A stretch of DNA of 32,000 nucleotides. Source: Candidatus Woesearchaeota archaeon. Its GTDB lineage: Archaea > Nanobdellota > Nanobdellia > Woesearchaeales > JACPBV01. Where the stretch lies: assembly GCA_016188175.1 (NCBI GenBank), contig JACPII010000002.1:55379-87378 (forward strand). The letters are read 5' to 3'. Of the stretch, positions 1 through 7,145 are shown piece after piece. The notes under the pieces were generated by a model that made no database searches, was not told where the DNA came from, and saw nothing but the letters and a program-made list of their open reading frames with translations. The first letter of the stretch is position 1. Each line of letters starts with the position of its first letter. The position numbers and the translations under genes were made by a program.

Positions 1-663
1 TTCCGGATGCCGGAATAGTGCATTGTCATCGATGACCAATTTCGCATCAAGGGCGGCAAATCCATGGCCTGTAAGCGCAAGGGGGTTTATCTCAACCAGC
101 TCAGCATCATATCGGACAGCGATGGAATGCATTTTTCTGATGATATCGGCCAGTTTTACAGCAGCGCCGGGCTCCAACCCCAAAACCCCGATGGAATCTT
201 TACAGAGGGCATCGATGTGTGATAAGCCATCTTTTCCCCGGATAGGGGCCTTGATGATTTTTTCCGGGCTTTTGGCCGATATCTCTTCGATATCAATCCC
301 CCCCTCCATGCACAGGATAAGGCTCAGGCACTTTTCAACCCGGTTCACCGCCAGGGACACATATATCTCTTTCAGGACCGCCGCCTTTTCCTCGACCAAT
401 ACCTCTTTGATCCGGAAGCCCTTGATGTCCTTCCCGATAAGCTCGGAGACGGCATCCTGAACCCGGCTCCTCTTGACAATTTTGATTCCCCCGGCCTTCC
501 CCCTCCCGCCCGTCAGCACCTGGGCTTTTACAACAAGCTCTTCCCCCGATAACGAATTGATTTTACTGCCGATAGAGTCAGCACGGCTAACCACAAACCC
601 AGCCAAAACAGAAATTCCATTGTCCCGGAATATATCCTTTCCCTGATACTCTTTGAGATTCAT
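1..663 (-). CDS. sucC: Succinyl-CoA synthetase beta subunit, N-terminal ATP-grasp part (gene runs off the window start)
   Basis: Absent from the ORF track because it is open at the window edge. Manual reverse translation from ATG 663-661 gives MNLKEYQGKDIFRDNGISV...VVKAQVLTGGRGKAGGIKIV...DAELVEINPLA, the canonical SucC N-terminus. The + strand ORF 23..460 is its antisense shadow. Confidence 0.8.
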   Translation of the reverse strand, partial: MNLKEYQGKDIFRDNGISVLAGFVVSRADSIGSKINSLSGEELVVKAQVLTGGRGKAGGIKIVKRSRVQDAVSELIGKDIKGFRIKEVLVEEKAAVLKEIYVSLAVNRVEKCLSLILCMEGGIDIEEISAKSPEKIIKAPIRGKDGLSHIDALCKDSIGVLGLEPGAAVKLADIIRKMHSIAVRYDAELVEINPLALTGHGFAALDAKLVIDDNALFRHPE

Positions 664-686
664 AAGGCACCAAAAAAAGCAGACGC

Positions 687-1217
687 TCAGGCGCTTCCCA
701 GGGCGTACCCAAACCCGATAGCCTCAACATTCTTCTCAATAAACTTTGGAGGGAGAAAACTTTCTATCTTCAATGAGGCGATGTCCACCCCAAGGAATTT
801 TAATATCCTCCCCAGGATGATCATGTTCAGGAATTTTTCGCTCCCAAATTTTGAGAGAGAGGCGCTTTCAAACCCAAAGTGCTCATCCGCACGGTAAAGG
901 CCGCTGGCGAATACGGAATCATCGACGATAGAATACTTCGCCTTGAAATCATGCTTGGTCTTGAAAAACCTCAAAAGTAAGTCCCCCGAATCGATGATAG
1001 GATTGGATATCTTTTTTTTGGAAAACACAAGGTCCGCGACAATGGTCCCCCCCCTGACCTGTGCGTCATAATGCATGATCAAGGATACCTCATTCCCGAG
1101 ATGCGCAAGGATTGAGCTTAAGGTCGATGTTAAAAGCTTGATGCCCTGCCCGGCTTCCCCGATTACCTTAATCTTGAATTCTCCATCACCCCGGGAAGCG
1201 GAATTGTTCGTATTCAT
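687..1217 (-). CDS. korG: 2-oxoacid:ferredoxin oxidoreductase gamma subunit
   Basis: KIKVIGEAGQGIKLLTSTLSSILAHLGNEV...YDAQVRGG matches the gamma-subunit N-terminal signature. It overlaps the upstream beta-subunit stop by 4 nt (operon). The delta-alpha-beta-gamma order and the sucC neighbour favour the 2-oxoglutarate enzyme, but substrate cannot be proven from sequence. Confidence 0.75.
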   Translation of the reverse strand: MNTNNSASRGDGEFKIKVIGEAGQGIKLLTSTLSSILAHLGNEVSLIMHYDAQVRGGTIVADLVFSKKKISNPIIDSGDLLLRFFKTKHDFKAKYSIVDDSVFASGLYRADEHFGFESASLSKFGSEKFLNMIILGRILKFLGVDIASLKIESFLPPKFIEKNVEAIGFGYALGSA

Positions 1218-1948
1218 GTTTTCACGATGCCAAGCTCAAGGTCGCCCAGTTTTCCCGCAGGCGAAGGATTGACCTTGTAGTTTTTCCTGATAAGGTCAAG
1301 CATTTCGGGAGCATCCTTGAATCCAAGCCTCCTTCCGTTGTTCTCGATGCAGTAGGAGATGACCTCAATAAAGGAAAAGCCTCCACGCGAAATGCCCTCC
1401 TGGATGCTCTTTTTAAGATGATTGAGATGGAAGACTGAGGATCGCGCATAAAAGTGATCTTTGTTCGAGGTTATCAGCCCCTGCGCATTGACCGGGTTAT
1501 AGGGGCTTCCTTCAGGGCTCGTCAATGTTACCGTCCCTTTTTTTGTCGTGGGAGACATCTGTCCGCCCGTCATGCCATATATTTCATTGTTTATGCAGAT
1601 GACGCACATCTCCACATTCCTCCTTGAGGTATGCAAAAGATGATTTCCGCCGATGCCGAGCAGATCCCCATCACCGCTGATGACAACAACTTTCAATTTC
1701 CTGTTTCCCCTCTTCACGCCCTCTGCCATCGCAAGCGCCCTTCCATGCAGCCCGTGGAGGCTTTCTACGTCAAAATAGCCGGCTGATCTTCCGCTGCAGC
1801 CGATTCCTGAAACGACAACAACATCCTCCTTGGGAATCTTAAGCTCATCGATCGCCATAGCAGCATATTTGAGGACGATGCCAATCCCGCAGCCTGGGCA
1901 CCACGTAGAAGGCATCCTTTCCCATTTGATATAATCTTTATAGCTCAT
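1214..1948 (-). CDS. korB: 2-oxoacid:ferredoxin oxidoreductase beta subunit (TPP-binding)
   Basis: MSYKDYIKWERMPSTWCPGCGIG...GIGCSGR...ISGDGD are beta-subunit and TPP motifs. I chose the ATG at 1948 rather than the track start at 2110, because the extension overlaps the korA end and translates to low-complexity sequence across a duplicated intergenic segment. Confidence 0.8.
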   Translation of the reverse strand: MSYKDYIKWERMPSTWCPGCGIGIVLKYAAMAIDELKIPKEDVVVVSGIGCSGRSAGYFDVESLHGLHGRALAMAEGVKRGNRKLKVVVISGDGDLLGIGGNHLLHTSRRNVEMCVICINNEIYGMTGGQMSPTTKKGTVTLTSPEGSPYNPVNAQGLITSNKDHFYARSSVFHLNHLKKSIQEGISRGGFSFIEVISYCIENNGRRLGFKDAPEMLDLIRKNYKVNPSPAGKLGDLELGIVKT

Positions 1949-2018
1949 CAAAAACCACCATCCTGGAAAGAAGAACAGTAAAAAAACACCATCCTGGAAA
2001 GAAGAAAAGCCATGTTCC

Positions 2019-3068
2019 TCATCGGGCCTCAGTAGGGTAACTTTCCAGTTTGCCATTGGAAAGCCCCTCAATCTTCTCTCCGACAACCGTTGGATCCAAA
2101 TCACCGCCAATCAGCGAGATTCCTTCAACATCCCTTTTCAATACTCTTTCAATCTCACCTTTATACTGGCCGTCGTTCATTTCAACGACGATTATGCGTT
2201 CATAGCCTGAGGCAATCTCTTTCAATTCTTTCTCAAGCACCGGGAACATCCGTATCGGCCTGAAGAGGGAATATTTTCCGATGAGGGGCAGCACAACACG
2301 CGAGACGATGCCAAACGCGATGATCAATGTTTTTGCGTCATCGCCCCTGAGATATTCAAAAAAGTTGTACCTGTCGGAAACCGATGTGGCCTTGCTCTTC
2401 ATCTTCTGAAACCACTCCCGATAGTAGTCAGAATTCATCGTGCAAGGAATCCCATTCTTGCTCAGCAGGCCGGTAAAATGCCGGTTTCCCCCTCCCAGAC
2501 CAGGGATAGTCCTGGGGACGATGGCGCAGGGGATCGCATCCAGGTCGACCGTTTCCATCAGATGCCCCACGAAGCCGTCCATCAAAAAGATGACCGGGCT
2601 CCGGGATTCTTCCGAAGCGTTGAACGCCTCTATCGCATAACGGTAGCATTCCTCGACAGAGTTTGGATAAAAAACAATTTGGGTATAATCCCCGTGGCTT
2701 CCATGCTTTGCCTGCAGGATATCCCCCTGTGCAGGAAGGGTTGGCATCCCCGTGCTGGGGCCGACCCTCTGGACATTGACGATGACCATCGGAACTTCCA
2801 TCATATGCCCCAGCCCGATTGCCTCCTGCATCAAAGACATTCCTGGCCCTGACGTGCTCGTCATCGATTTTCTCCCGGAGAGGCTTGAACCGACAATCAT
2901 GTTTGCCGCCGCTATCTCATCTTCAGTATGGACAAACTCAATCCCTTTGTTCGCAAGGAAATGCATGATTTCAGAAGCGGGAGTGATCGGGTAGCCTGCA
3001 AAAAAAGTCATGCCTGCCTTAAGGGCGCCCAGCGCAACTGCATGGTTCCCCATCAGCAACTCTTTCAT
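2019..3068 (-). CDS. korA: 2-oxoacid:ferredoxin oxidoreductase alpha subunit
   Basis: MKELLMGNHAVALGALKAGMTFFAGYPITPASEIM is a typical alpha-subunit N-terminus. It overlaps the delta-subunit stop by 4 nt. Confidence 0.8.
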   Translation of the reverse strand: MKELLMGNHAVALGALKAGMTFFAGYPITPASEIMHFLANKGIEFVHTEDEIAAANMIVGSSLSGRKSMTSTSGPGMSLMQEAIGLGHMMEVPMVIVNVQRVGPSTGMPTLPAQGDILQAKHGSHGDYTQIVFYPNSVEECYRYAIEAFNASEESRSPVIFLMDGFVGHLMETVDLDAIPCAIVPRTIPGLGGGNRHFTGLLSKNGIPCTMNSDYYREWFQKMKSKATSVSDRYNFFEYLRGDDAKTLIIAFGIVSRVVLPLIGKYSLFRPIRMFPVLEKELKEIASGYERIIVVEMNDGQYKGEIERVLKRDVEGISLIGGDLDPTVVGEKIEGLSNGKLESYPTEAR

Positions 3069-3265
3069 TTTTCAACCTCAATGGCGAAATCGGGGCAGAA
3101 CTTTTCGCAGAGTTGGCACTTCGTGCACTTCCCCAACGACACGATCTCATTCCCTTTTATCATAAGGTCCTTCGCCGGGCAGATATAGACGCAGATAGAG
3201 CAGAGCTTGCAATATCCCTTGATCCAGGTAAGGGGCCCCCCGATTTTTTTCTTTTCAGCTTCCAT
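3065..3265 (-). CDS. korD: 2-oxoacid:ferredoxin oxidoreductase delta subunit (2x[4Fe-4S] ferredoxin)
   Basis: Two CxxCxxCxxxCP motifs (CKLCSICVYICP, CTKCQLCEKFCP). The ATG at 3265 (MEAEKKK...) is preferred over the track GTG at 3277, which lies inside the promoter repeat. Confidence 0.75.
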   Translation of the reverse strand: MEAEKKKIGGPLTWIKGYCKLCSICVYICPAKDLMIKGNEIVSLGKCTKCQLCEKFCPDFAIEVEK

Positions 3266-3332
3266 ATCAATAAACACTTGCGATAAATATCAATAAACAC
3301 TTGCGATAAATATCAATAAACACTTGCGATAA
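3264..3332 (-). repeat. Perfect 3 x 23-bp tandem repeat (unit on - strand TTATCGCAAGTGTTTATTGATAT) abutting the korD start codon
   Basis: Units 3264-3286, 3287-3309 and 3310-3332 are identical. Each carries AAGTG-TTTATTGA, which resembles the BRE/TATA seen elsewhere in the window (AAAAAGTTTATATA). The last AT of the proximal unit forms the korD ATG. Confidence 0.9.
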
Positions 3333-3439
3333 AGGCAAGCCCATCTGAAGGGCATAAACGGAGGTATTTAAACTTTTTCAATGAAAAAATCTTAATAAAA
3401 CCACAACCTTAATATACATTTTACCTCCCCCAGCGGATT

Positions 3440-5302
3440 ATGAGAATCCTCTTGCTGCACTCAGACTTTATCAAATTCCAGGCTGAAAAGCAGGCGATCA
3501 AAGACGCAGAAAAGATAGAAAAAGCAGAGCACGAGGTGCAGGAATGCCTCGTCGTCCTCACCTCTGTCGAAAAGAGAGACGAAAATAACCCCGATGCAGT
3601 GATCAAAAGATATGCGAAAGAGGTTGATGATGTCGCAAAGCAGGTTAAGGCTGACAAGATTGTCATCTACCCCTATGTCCATCTGACGACAGACCCTTCT
3701 TCCCCCCAGGCTGCCCTGCAAATCCTGAAATCGTGCGAAGAGGAGCTGAATAAGTCCTACAAAGTCACCCGGTCCCCTTTTGGATGGTACAAATCTTTTA
3801 CATTAGCCTGCAAAGGCCACCCATTAGCCGAACTTTCAAGGGAGTTTGGCCCTGAAGAAACAAAAGAAGATGAGTCCCAGGCATTGAAGTCAGAGAAAAA
3901 GCTCGTCTCAAGCTGGTTCATCCTCGACACCGAGGGAAAGCTCCACGACATCGGAAAGTTTAATTTCAAAGGCCACGACAACCTCAGGAAGTTTGCTTTC
4001 TACGAAAAGGACAAGGACAGGACGATGACCCAGGAGCCTGCCCATGTTCCCTTGATGAAAAAATTGGAAATTGCGGATTACGAGCCAGGCAGTGATTCGG
4101 GAAATATGCGCTATTATCCCAAAGGGAGGCTTATCAAATCCCTTCTGGAAACCTACATCACGGAAAAGGTCATCGATTACGGCGGGGTAGAAGTGGAAAC
4201 GCCCATCATGTATGACATGGCTCATCCGACGCTGTCAAAATACCTCCAGAGATTCCCCGCAAGGCAGTATAAGATTGAGTCGGACAAAAGAAACTTTTTT
4301 CTGAGGTTTGCAGCCTGCTTCGGCCAGTTCCTCATCGCCCACGACGCAACCTTGAGCTACAAAGACCTCCCCTTGAAGCTTTACGAGCTGACACGGTACA
4401 GTTTCCGAAGGGAACAAAGGGGCGAGCTTACCGGCTTGCGAAGATTGAGGGCGTTCACCATGCCCGACTGCCACGCTTTGGTCACCGGCCTCAACCAGGC
4501 AATAAGCGAATTCAAGCTCAGAAACAAGCTATGCTTCGATGTCCTTGAGAATGTCGGCATAAAAAAGGAGGATGTCGAACTTGCAGTCAGGGTGACGAAA
4601 GAATTTTATGAGAGCAACAAAGATATCGTCCTCGGCCTTGTAAAGGCGATCGGAAAGCCGGCTTTGGTGGAGATGTGGGACGAAAGGACATTCTATTTCA
4701 TCCTGAAATACGAGCTTAACTTTGTTGACAGCCTGGACAAAGCATCGGCATTAAGCACCGACCAGATAGACGTCGAGAACGGGGAACGGTATGACATCAA
4801 ATTCACCGACAAAGACGGCCAGAGAAAGCATCCATTGATACTTCACTGCTCCCCCTCGGGAGCTATTGAAAGGAATATCTATGCTCTGCTGGAAAAAGCT
4901 GCGATGCAGCAAAAGCAGGGAAAGACCCCCTCATTCCCCTTATGGCTGTCTCCGACCCAGGTAAGGATAATCCCTGTCACTTCAGAGTTCACCGCATTTG
5001 CAGGACAGTTCGTGGACGAGATCGCCAAAGAGAACATCAGGGTTGACATCGACGACCGGGAGCTTCACGTCGGCAAGAAAATCCGCGAAGCCGAGATGGA
5101 ATGGTGTTCCTTCATCCTGGTCATCGGAGAAAAAGAGAAGAACCTCCAAAAGCTCCCCATCAGGGTCAGAGGAAACAAAGACCTTGTGGAGATGGCCCTC
5201 AAAGACCTCATCGCCGAAATAAAAGAAAAGACTGCGGGCATGCCTTTCAAAAGATTGTCGCTGCCGAAAGAATTGAGCCGAAGGCCGGTGTTTGTCGGGT
5301 AG
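3440..5302 (+). CDS. thrS: Threonyl-tRNA synthetase, archaeal type with N-terminal DTD-like editing domain
   Basis: 620 aa. The N-terminus MRILLLHSDFIKF...IVIYPYVHL...PFGWYKSF is the archaeal ThrRS editing domain, followed by a class II core (FRREQRGEL.GLRRLRAFTMPD) and a C-terminal anticodon-binding domain. A TATA-like TTAATATACA lies about 27 nt upstream of the ATG. Confidence 0.9.
   Translation: MRILLLHSDFIKFQAEKQAIKDAEKIEKAEHEVQECLVVLTSVEKRDENNPDAVIKRYAKEVDDVAKQVKADKIVIYPYVHLTTDPSSPQAALQILKSCEEELNKSYKVTRSPFGWYKSFTLACKGHPLAELSREFGPEETKEDESQALKSEKKLVSSWFILDTEGKLHDIGKFNFKGHDNLRKFAFYEKDKDRTMTQEPAHVPLMKKLEIADYEPGSDSGNMRYYPKGRLIKSLLETYITEKVIDYGGVEVETPIMYDMAHPTLSKYLQRFPARQYKIESDKRNFFLRFAACFGQFLIAHDATLSYKDLPLKLYELTRYSFRREQRGELTGLRRLRAFTMPDCHALVTGLNQAISEFKLRNKLCFDVLENVGIKKEDVELAVRVTKEFYESNKDIVLGLVKAIGKPALVEMWDERTFYFILKYELNFVDSLDKASALSTDQIDVENGERYDIKFTDKDGQRKHPLILHCSPSGAIERNIYALLEKAAMQQKQGKTPSFPLWLSPTQVRIIPVTSEFTAFAGQFVDEIAKENIRVDIDDRELHVGKKIREAEMEWCSFILVIGEKEKNLQKLPIRVRGNKDLVEMALKDLIAEIKEKTAGMPFKRLSLPKELSRRPVFVG
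5273..5298 (+). repeat. Direct repeat copy A (last 26 nt of the thrS coding sequence before the final G and stop)
   Basis: TTGAGCCGAAGGCCGGTGTTTGTCGG matches 6411-6436 at 25 of 26 positions. Confidence 0.9.
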
Positions 5303-5344
5303 CTTGTTCTAATGAGACTAAGTAACATAAAGAAATGAGACTTA

Positions 5345-5358
5345 GTCACATATGTGAC
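5345..5358. promoter_or_regulatory. Perfect 14-bp palindrome GTCACATATGTGAC upstream of the cassette promoter (operator candidate)
   Basis: Perfect palindrome. The half-site AGTCACATA recurs at 5384-5392 on the other side of the TATA box. Confidence 0.45.
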
Positions 5359-5372
5359 CAGATACCAAAAAG

Positions 5373-5380
5373 TTTATATA
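5373..5380 (+). promoter_or_regulatory. BRE/TATA box (AAAAAG-TTTATATA) for a leaderless transcript starting at about ATG 5402
   Basis: TTTATATA is preceded by a purine-rich AAAAAG, and the ATG lies 22 nt after the box. The same 17-mer AAAAAGTTTATATACCC recurs at 18660-18676. Confidence 0.6.
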
Positions 5381-5401
5381 CCCAGTCACATAAACAAGCC
5401 T

Positions 5402-5806
5402 ATGAACATTGACGACCACCTTAAGGCATTCCAGGAACACAAAGAAGCCATCTTTGATTGGGCCATTGGTGTAAAGGGTATCCTGAACTCTCAAAGGATA
5501 ATAGGCCTGCATGCCTCGCGGGGAATTATTGAGCTCTTGTCTGCTTTCCTCCATGAAGAAGAAAAGATTACCAGCGGAGCCCAACTCAACCATCGGTGGT
5601 TTAAATCGAGAAAGTGCGGGGAAAGGTTGCCTGAATTTTCCAAGAAAGAAGTGATTACTCCCCAGCTCGTCGAGCTGGAACTGCTTTGTGAGGATCTGAC
5701 CTATGGGAAAAAGAAACCCCCTAAAGACATTGAAAGGGCAATCCGCCTGTTTAATGAGATAGAGAAGGAGATTTCAGAGCTGCGGGAGCACCATGAAAAA
5801 AAATGA
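5402..5806 (+). CDS. Small alpha-helical protein, possible HEPN-like partner of the adjacent nucleotidyltransferase
   Basis: Overlaps the MNT gene by 14 nt. It contains one Rx4H match (RIIGLH), but near the N-terminus rather than the usual position, so the HEPN call is tentative. The start was moved from 5354 to 5402 because the track start lies upstream of the TATA box. Confidence 0.4.
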   Translation: MNIDDHLKAFQEHKEAIFDWAIGVKGILNSQRIIGLHASRGIIELLSAFLHEEEKITSGAQLNHRWFKSRKCGERLPEFSKKEVITPQLVELELLCEDLTYGKKKPPKDIERAIRLFNEIEKEISELREHHEKK

Positions 5807-6407
5807 CCTTGTCGCGTATGCCTCAAGCTTCGCCTCCTTTCTCTTGAAAAGGCAGCAGCAAATAAGGCGAATCATTCTCTTCGGCTCCGTCGCAAGGGGT
5901 GATTTTGACAAAGAAAGCGATATTGACCTGTTTATTGAGACCGATGAGCCAAAAAACGAGATTCAGAACGTGCTGGAGTTGTATGAAAAATCCCAGGGCA
6001 GCAGGAACTTTAGGCTTGAAGGTATTGAAAACACCATCGTGCTTAAGGCAGGGAAGCTTGAAGAATGGCCTTCACTGAGGCGGAGCATGCAATCGGGAGG
6101 CATTGTGCTGTATGGGCCTTTTAATGAGCTTCCTGAAAAATTACAGCATTGCCTCCAGATAAGGATTGTTGCCGGAGCGAGGATAAGGAGTGAAAAGATT
6201 AAGCTCTGGAGATTAGTTTACGGCTACAATCAAAAAGTTGGAAAAAAGAGCTACAGGAGCCAGGGGATGGTAGGGAAGTGTGGGGGAAAAAAGATAGCTC
6301 CGGGAATATTTTTTGTTCCCATCGAAAACAGCTATGAGATAGAATCTTTTTTAAAAGAGAAGAAGATTGAGTTTAAAGCCACAGAAGTGTACATCCCTGC
6401 AATATGA
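5793..6407 (+). CDS. Minimal nucleotidyltransferase (MNT-type) with about 100-aa unassigned C-terminal extension
   Basis: ILFGSVARGDFDKESDIDLFIE is the GSxxRG...DxD Pol-beta-type NTase signature. Confidence 0.8.
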   Translation: MKKNDLVAYASSFASFLLKRQQQIRRIILFGSVARGDFDKESDIDLFIETDEPKNEIQNVLELYEKSQGSRNFRLEGIENTIVLKAGKLEEWPSLRRSMQSGGIVLYGPFNELPEKLQHCLQIRIVAGARIRSEKIKLWRLVYGYNQKVGKKSYRSQGMVGKCGGKKIAPGIFFVPIENSYEIESFLKEKKIEFKATEVYIPAI

Positions 6408-6410
6408 CGG

Positions 6411-6436
6411 TTGAGCAGAAGGCCGGTGTTTGTCGG
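6411..6436 (+). repeat. Direct repeat copy B (relic or duplicate of the thrS 3' end)
   Basis: TTGAGCAGAAGGCCGGTGTTTGTCGG followed by C-TGA reads LSRRPVFVG-stop, the same nine residues as the ThrRS C-terminus, with one synonymous change (CGA to AGA). Confidence 0.9.
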
Positions 6437-6444
6437 CTGAATAG

Positions 6445-6843
6445 TTATTTTCCCATAAACAATGCCCCTTCTTCGCCGCTAAAGTCAGAATCACAAGTGA
6501 GCACCTTCGCATGGTGGCTAAGACCAGTTGCAAATATGATTGCATCCCCCGTCCCCCACCCTTTCTCAAGCCTGAGAAGGGCGGCGTTCAAAGCGATATC
6601 CTCATTTACAGAGATGACAAAGCTCATTTTCCGGATAAAGTCAATAAACCTCTGGCAAGACGGCTCTTTCTTCTTGAGAAGATAATAATAAACTTCAGTA
6701 AGAGTAAGTGAGCTGATAAAAAGGCTTTGTTCCTTATCGAGAATCTCCTGGAGCTTTTTGCCGGTTGCGCTCCCCCGCAAAAGCTCAATCCACATGCAGG
6801 AGTCAACAACGATGGACCCAATCATCAATTGTTCTTTTTCCAT
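6445..6843 (-). CDS. vapC: PIN-domain ribonuclease toxin VapC
   Basis: The four acidic PIN residues are in context (VVDS, LTEV, GDAIIFAT, CDSDF). It overlaps the upstream antitoxin gene by 19 nt. Confidence 0.85.
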   Translation of the reverse strand: MEKEQLMIGSIVVDSCMWIELLRGSATGKKLQEILDKEQSLFISSLTLTEVYYYLLKKKEPSCQRFIDFIRKMSFVISVNEDIALNAALLRLEKGWGTGDAIIFATGLSHHAKVLTCDSDFSGEEGALFMGK

Positions 6844-7040
6844 TTGGTTTCAAGCCGGTCAAATTCTTCTCTTTTAAACGGCCCCAGCCCTTTTGCAGTT
6901 CCGAAGAAGTTTTCCTTCGGCCGCTTTAACTCACGGACAAGCTTCTGCATGAGCTGGTCGAAGGATTCTGATGCAGTCTCCTCTTTGGCATATTTGAGCA
7001 TCCTATAAGTTTCTTCACTGACAGCAATCGTTGTTGACAT
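6825..7040 (-). CDS. vapB: VapB-type antitoxin
   Basis: 71 aa, MSTTIAVSEETYRMLKYAKE..., immediately upstream of and overlapping vapC. Confidence 0.7.
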   Translation of the reverse strand: MSTTIAVSEETYRMLKYAKEETASESFDQLMQKLVRELKRPKENFFGTAKGLGPFKREEFDRLETKWKKNN

Positions 7041-7145
7041 TTATATCACCATAAGTTATAAACATATATCTTATATTTAAATCTTTCGCTAAGGAAGAGC
7101 AATATCAAGAAAACTCTTAAAAACACCCCCTTAACCATCATCGTT

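Noticed and set aside
23-460. 145-aa + strand ORF
   Set aside because: It is an antisense shadow of the sucC fragment and translates to low-complexity Ser/Ala/Ile-rich sequence.
1949-2110. N-terminal extension of the korB ORF to 2110
   Set aside because: It overlaps the korA 3' end, runs through the duplicated intergenic spacer, and the conserved beta-subunit N-terminus starts at the Met at 1948.
5354-5401. Track start at 5354 for the small helical protein
   Set aside because: It would place the BRE/TATA box and the operator half-site inside the coding sequence. The ATG at 5402 sits at the leaderless distance from the TATA box.
6404-6685. 93-aa + strand ORF starting in the MNT stop region
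   Set aside because: It reads through thrS-repeat copy B out of frame and then runs antisense to vapC, so it is spurious.
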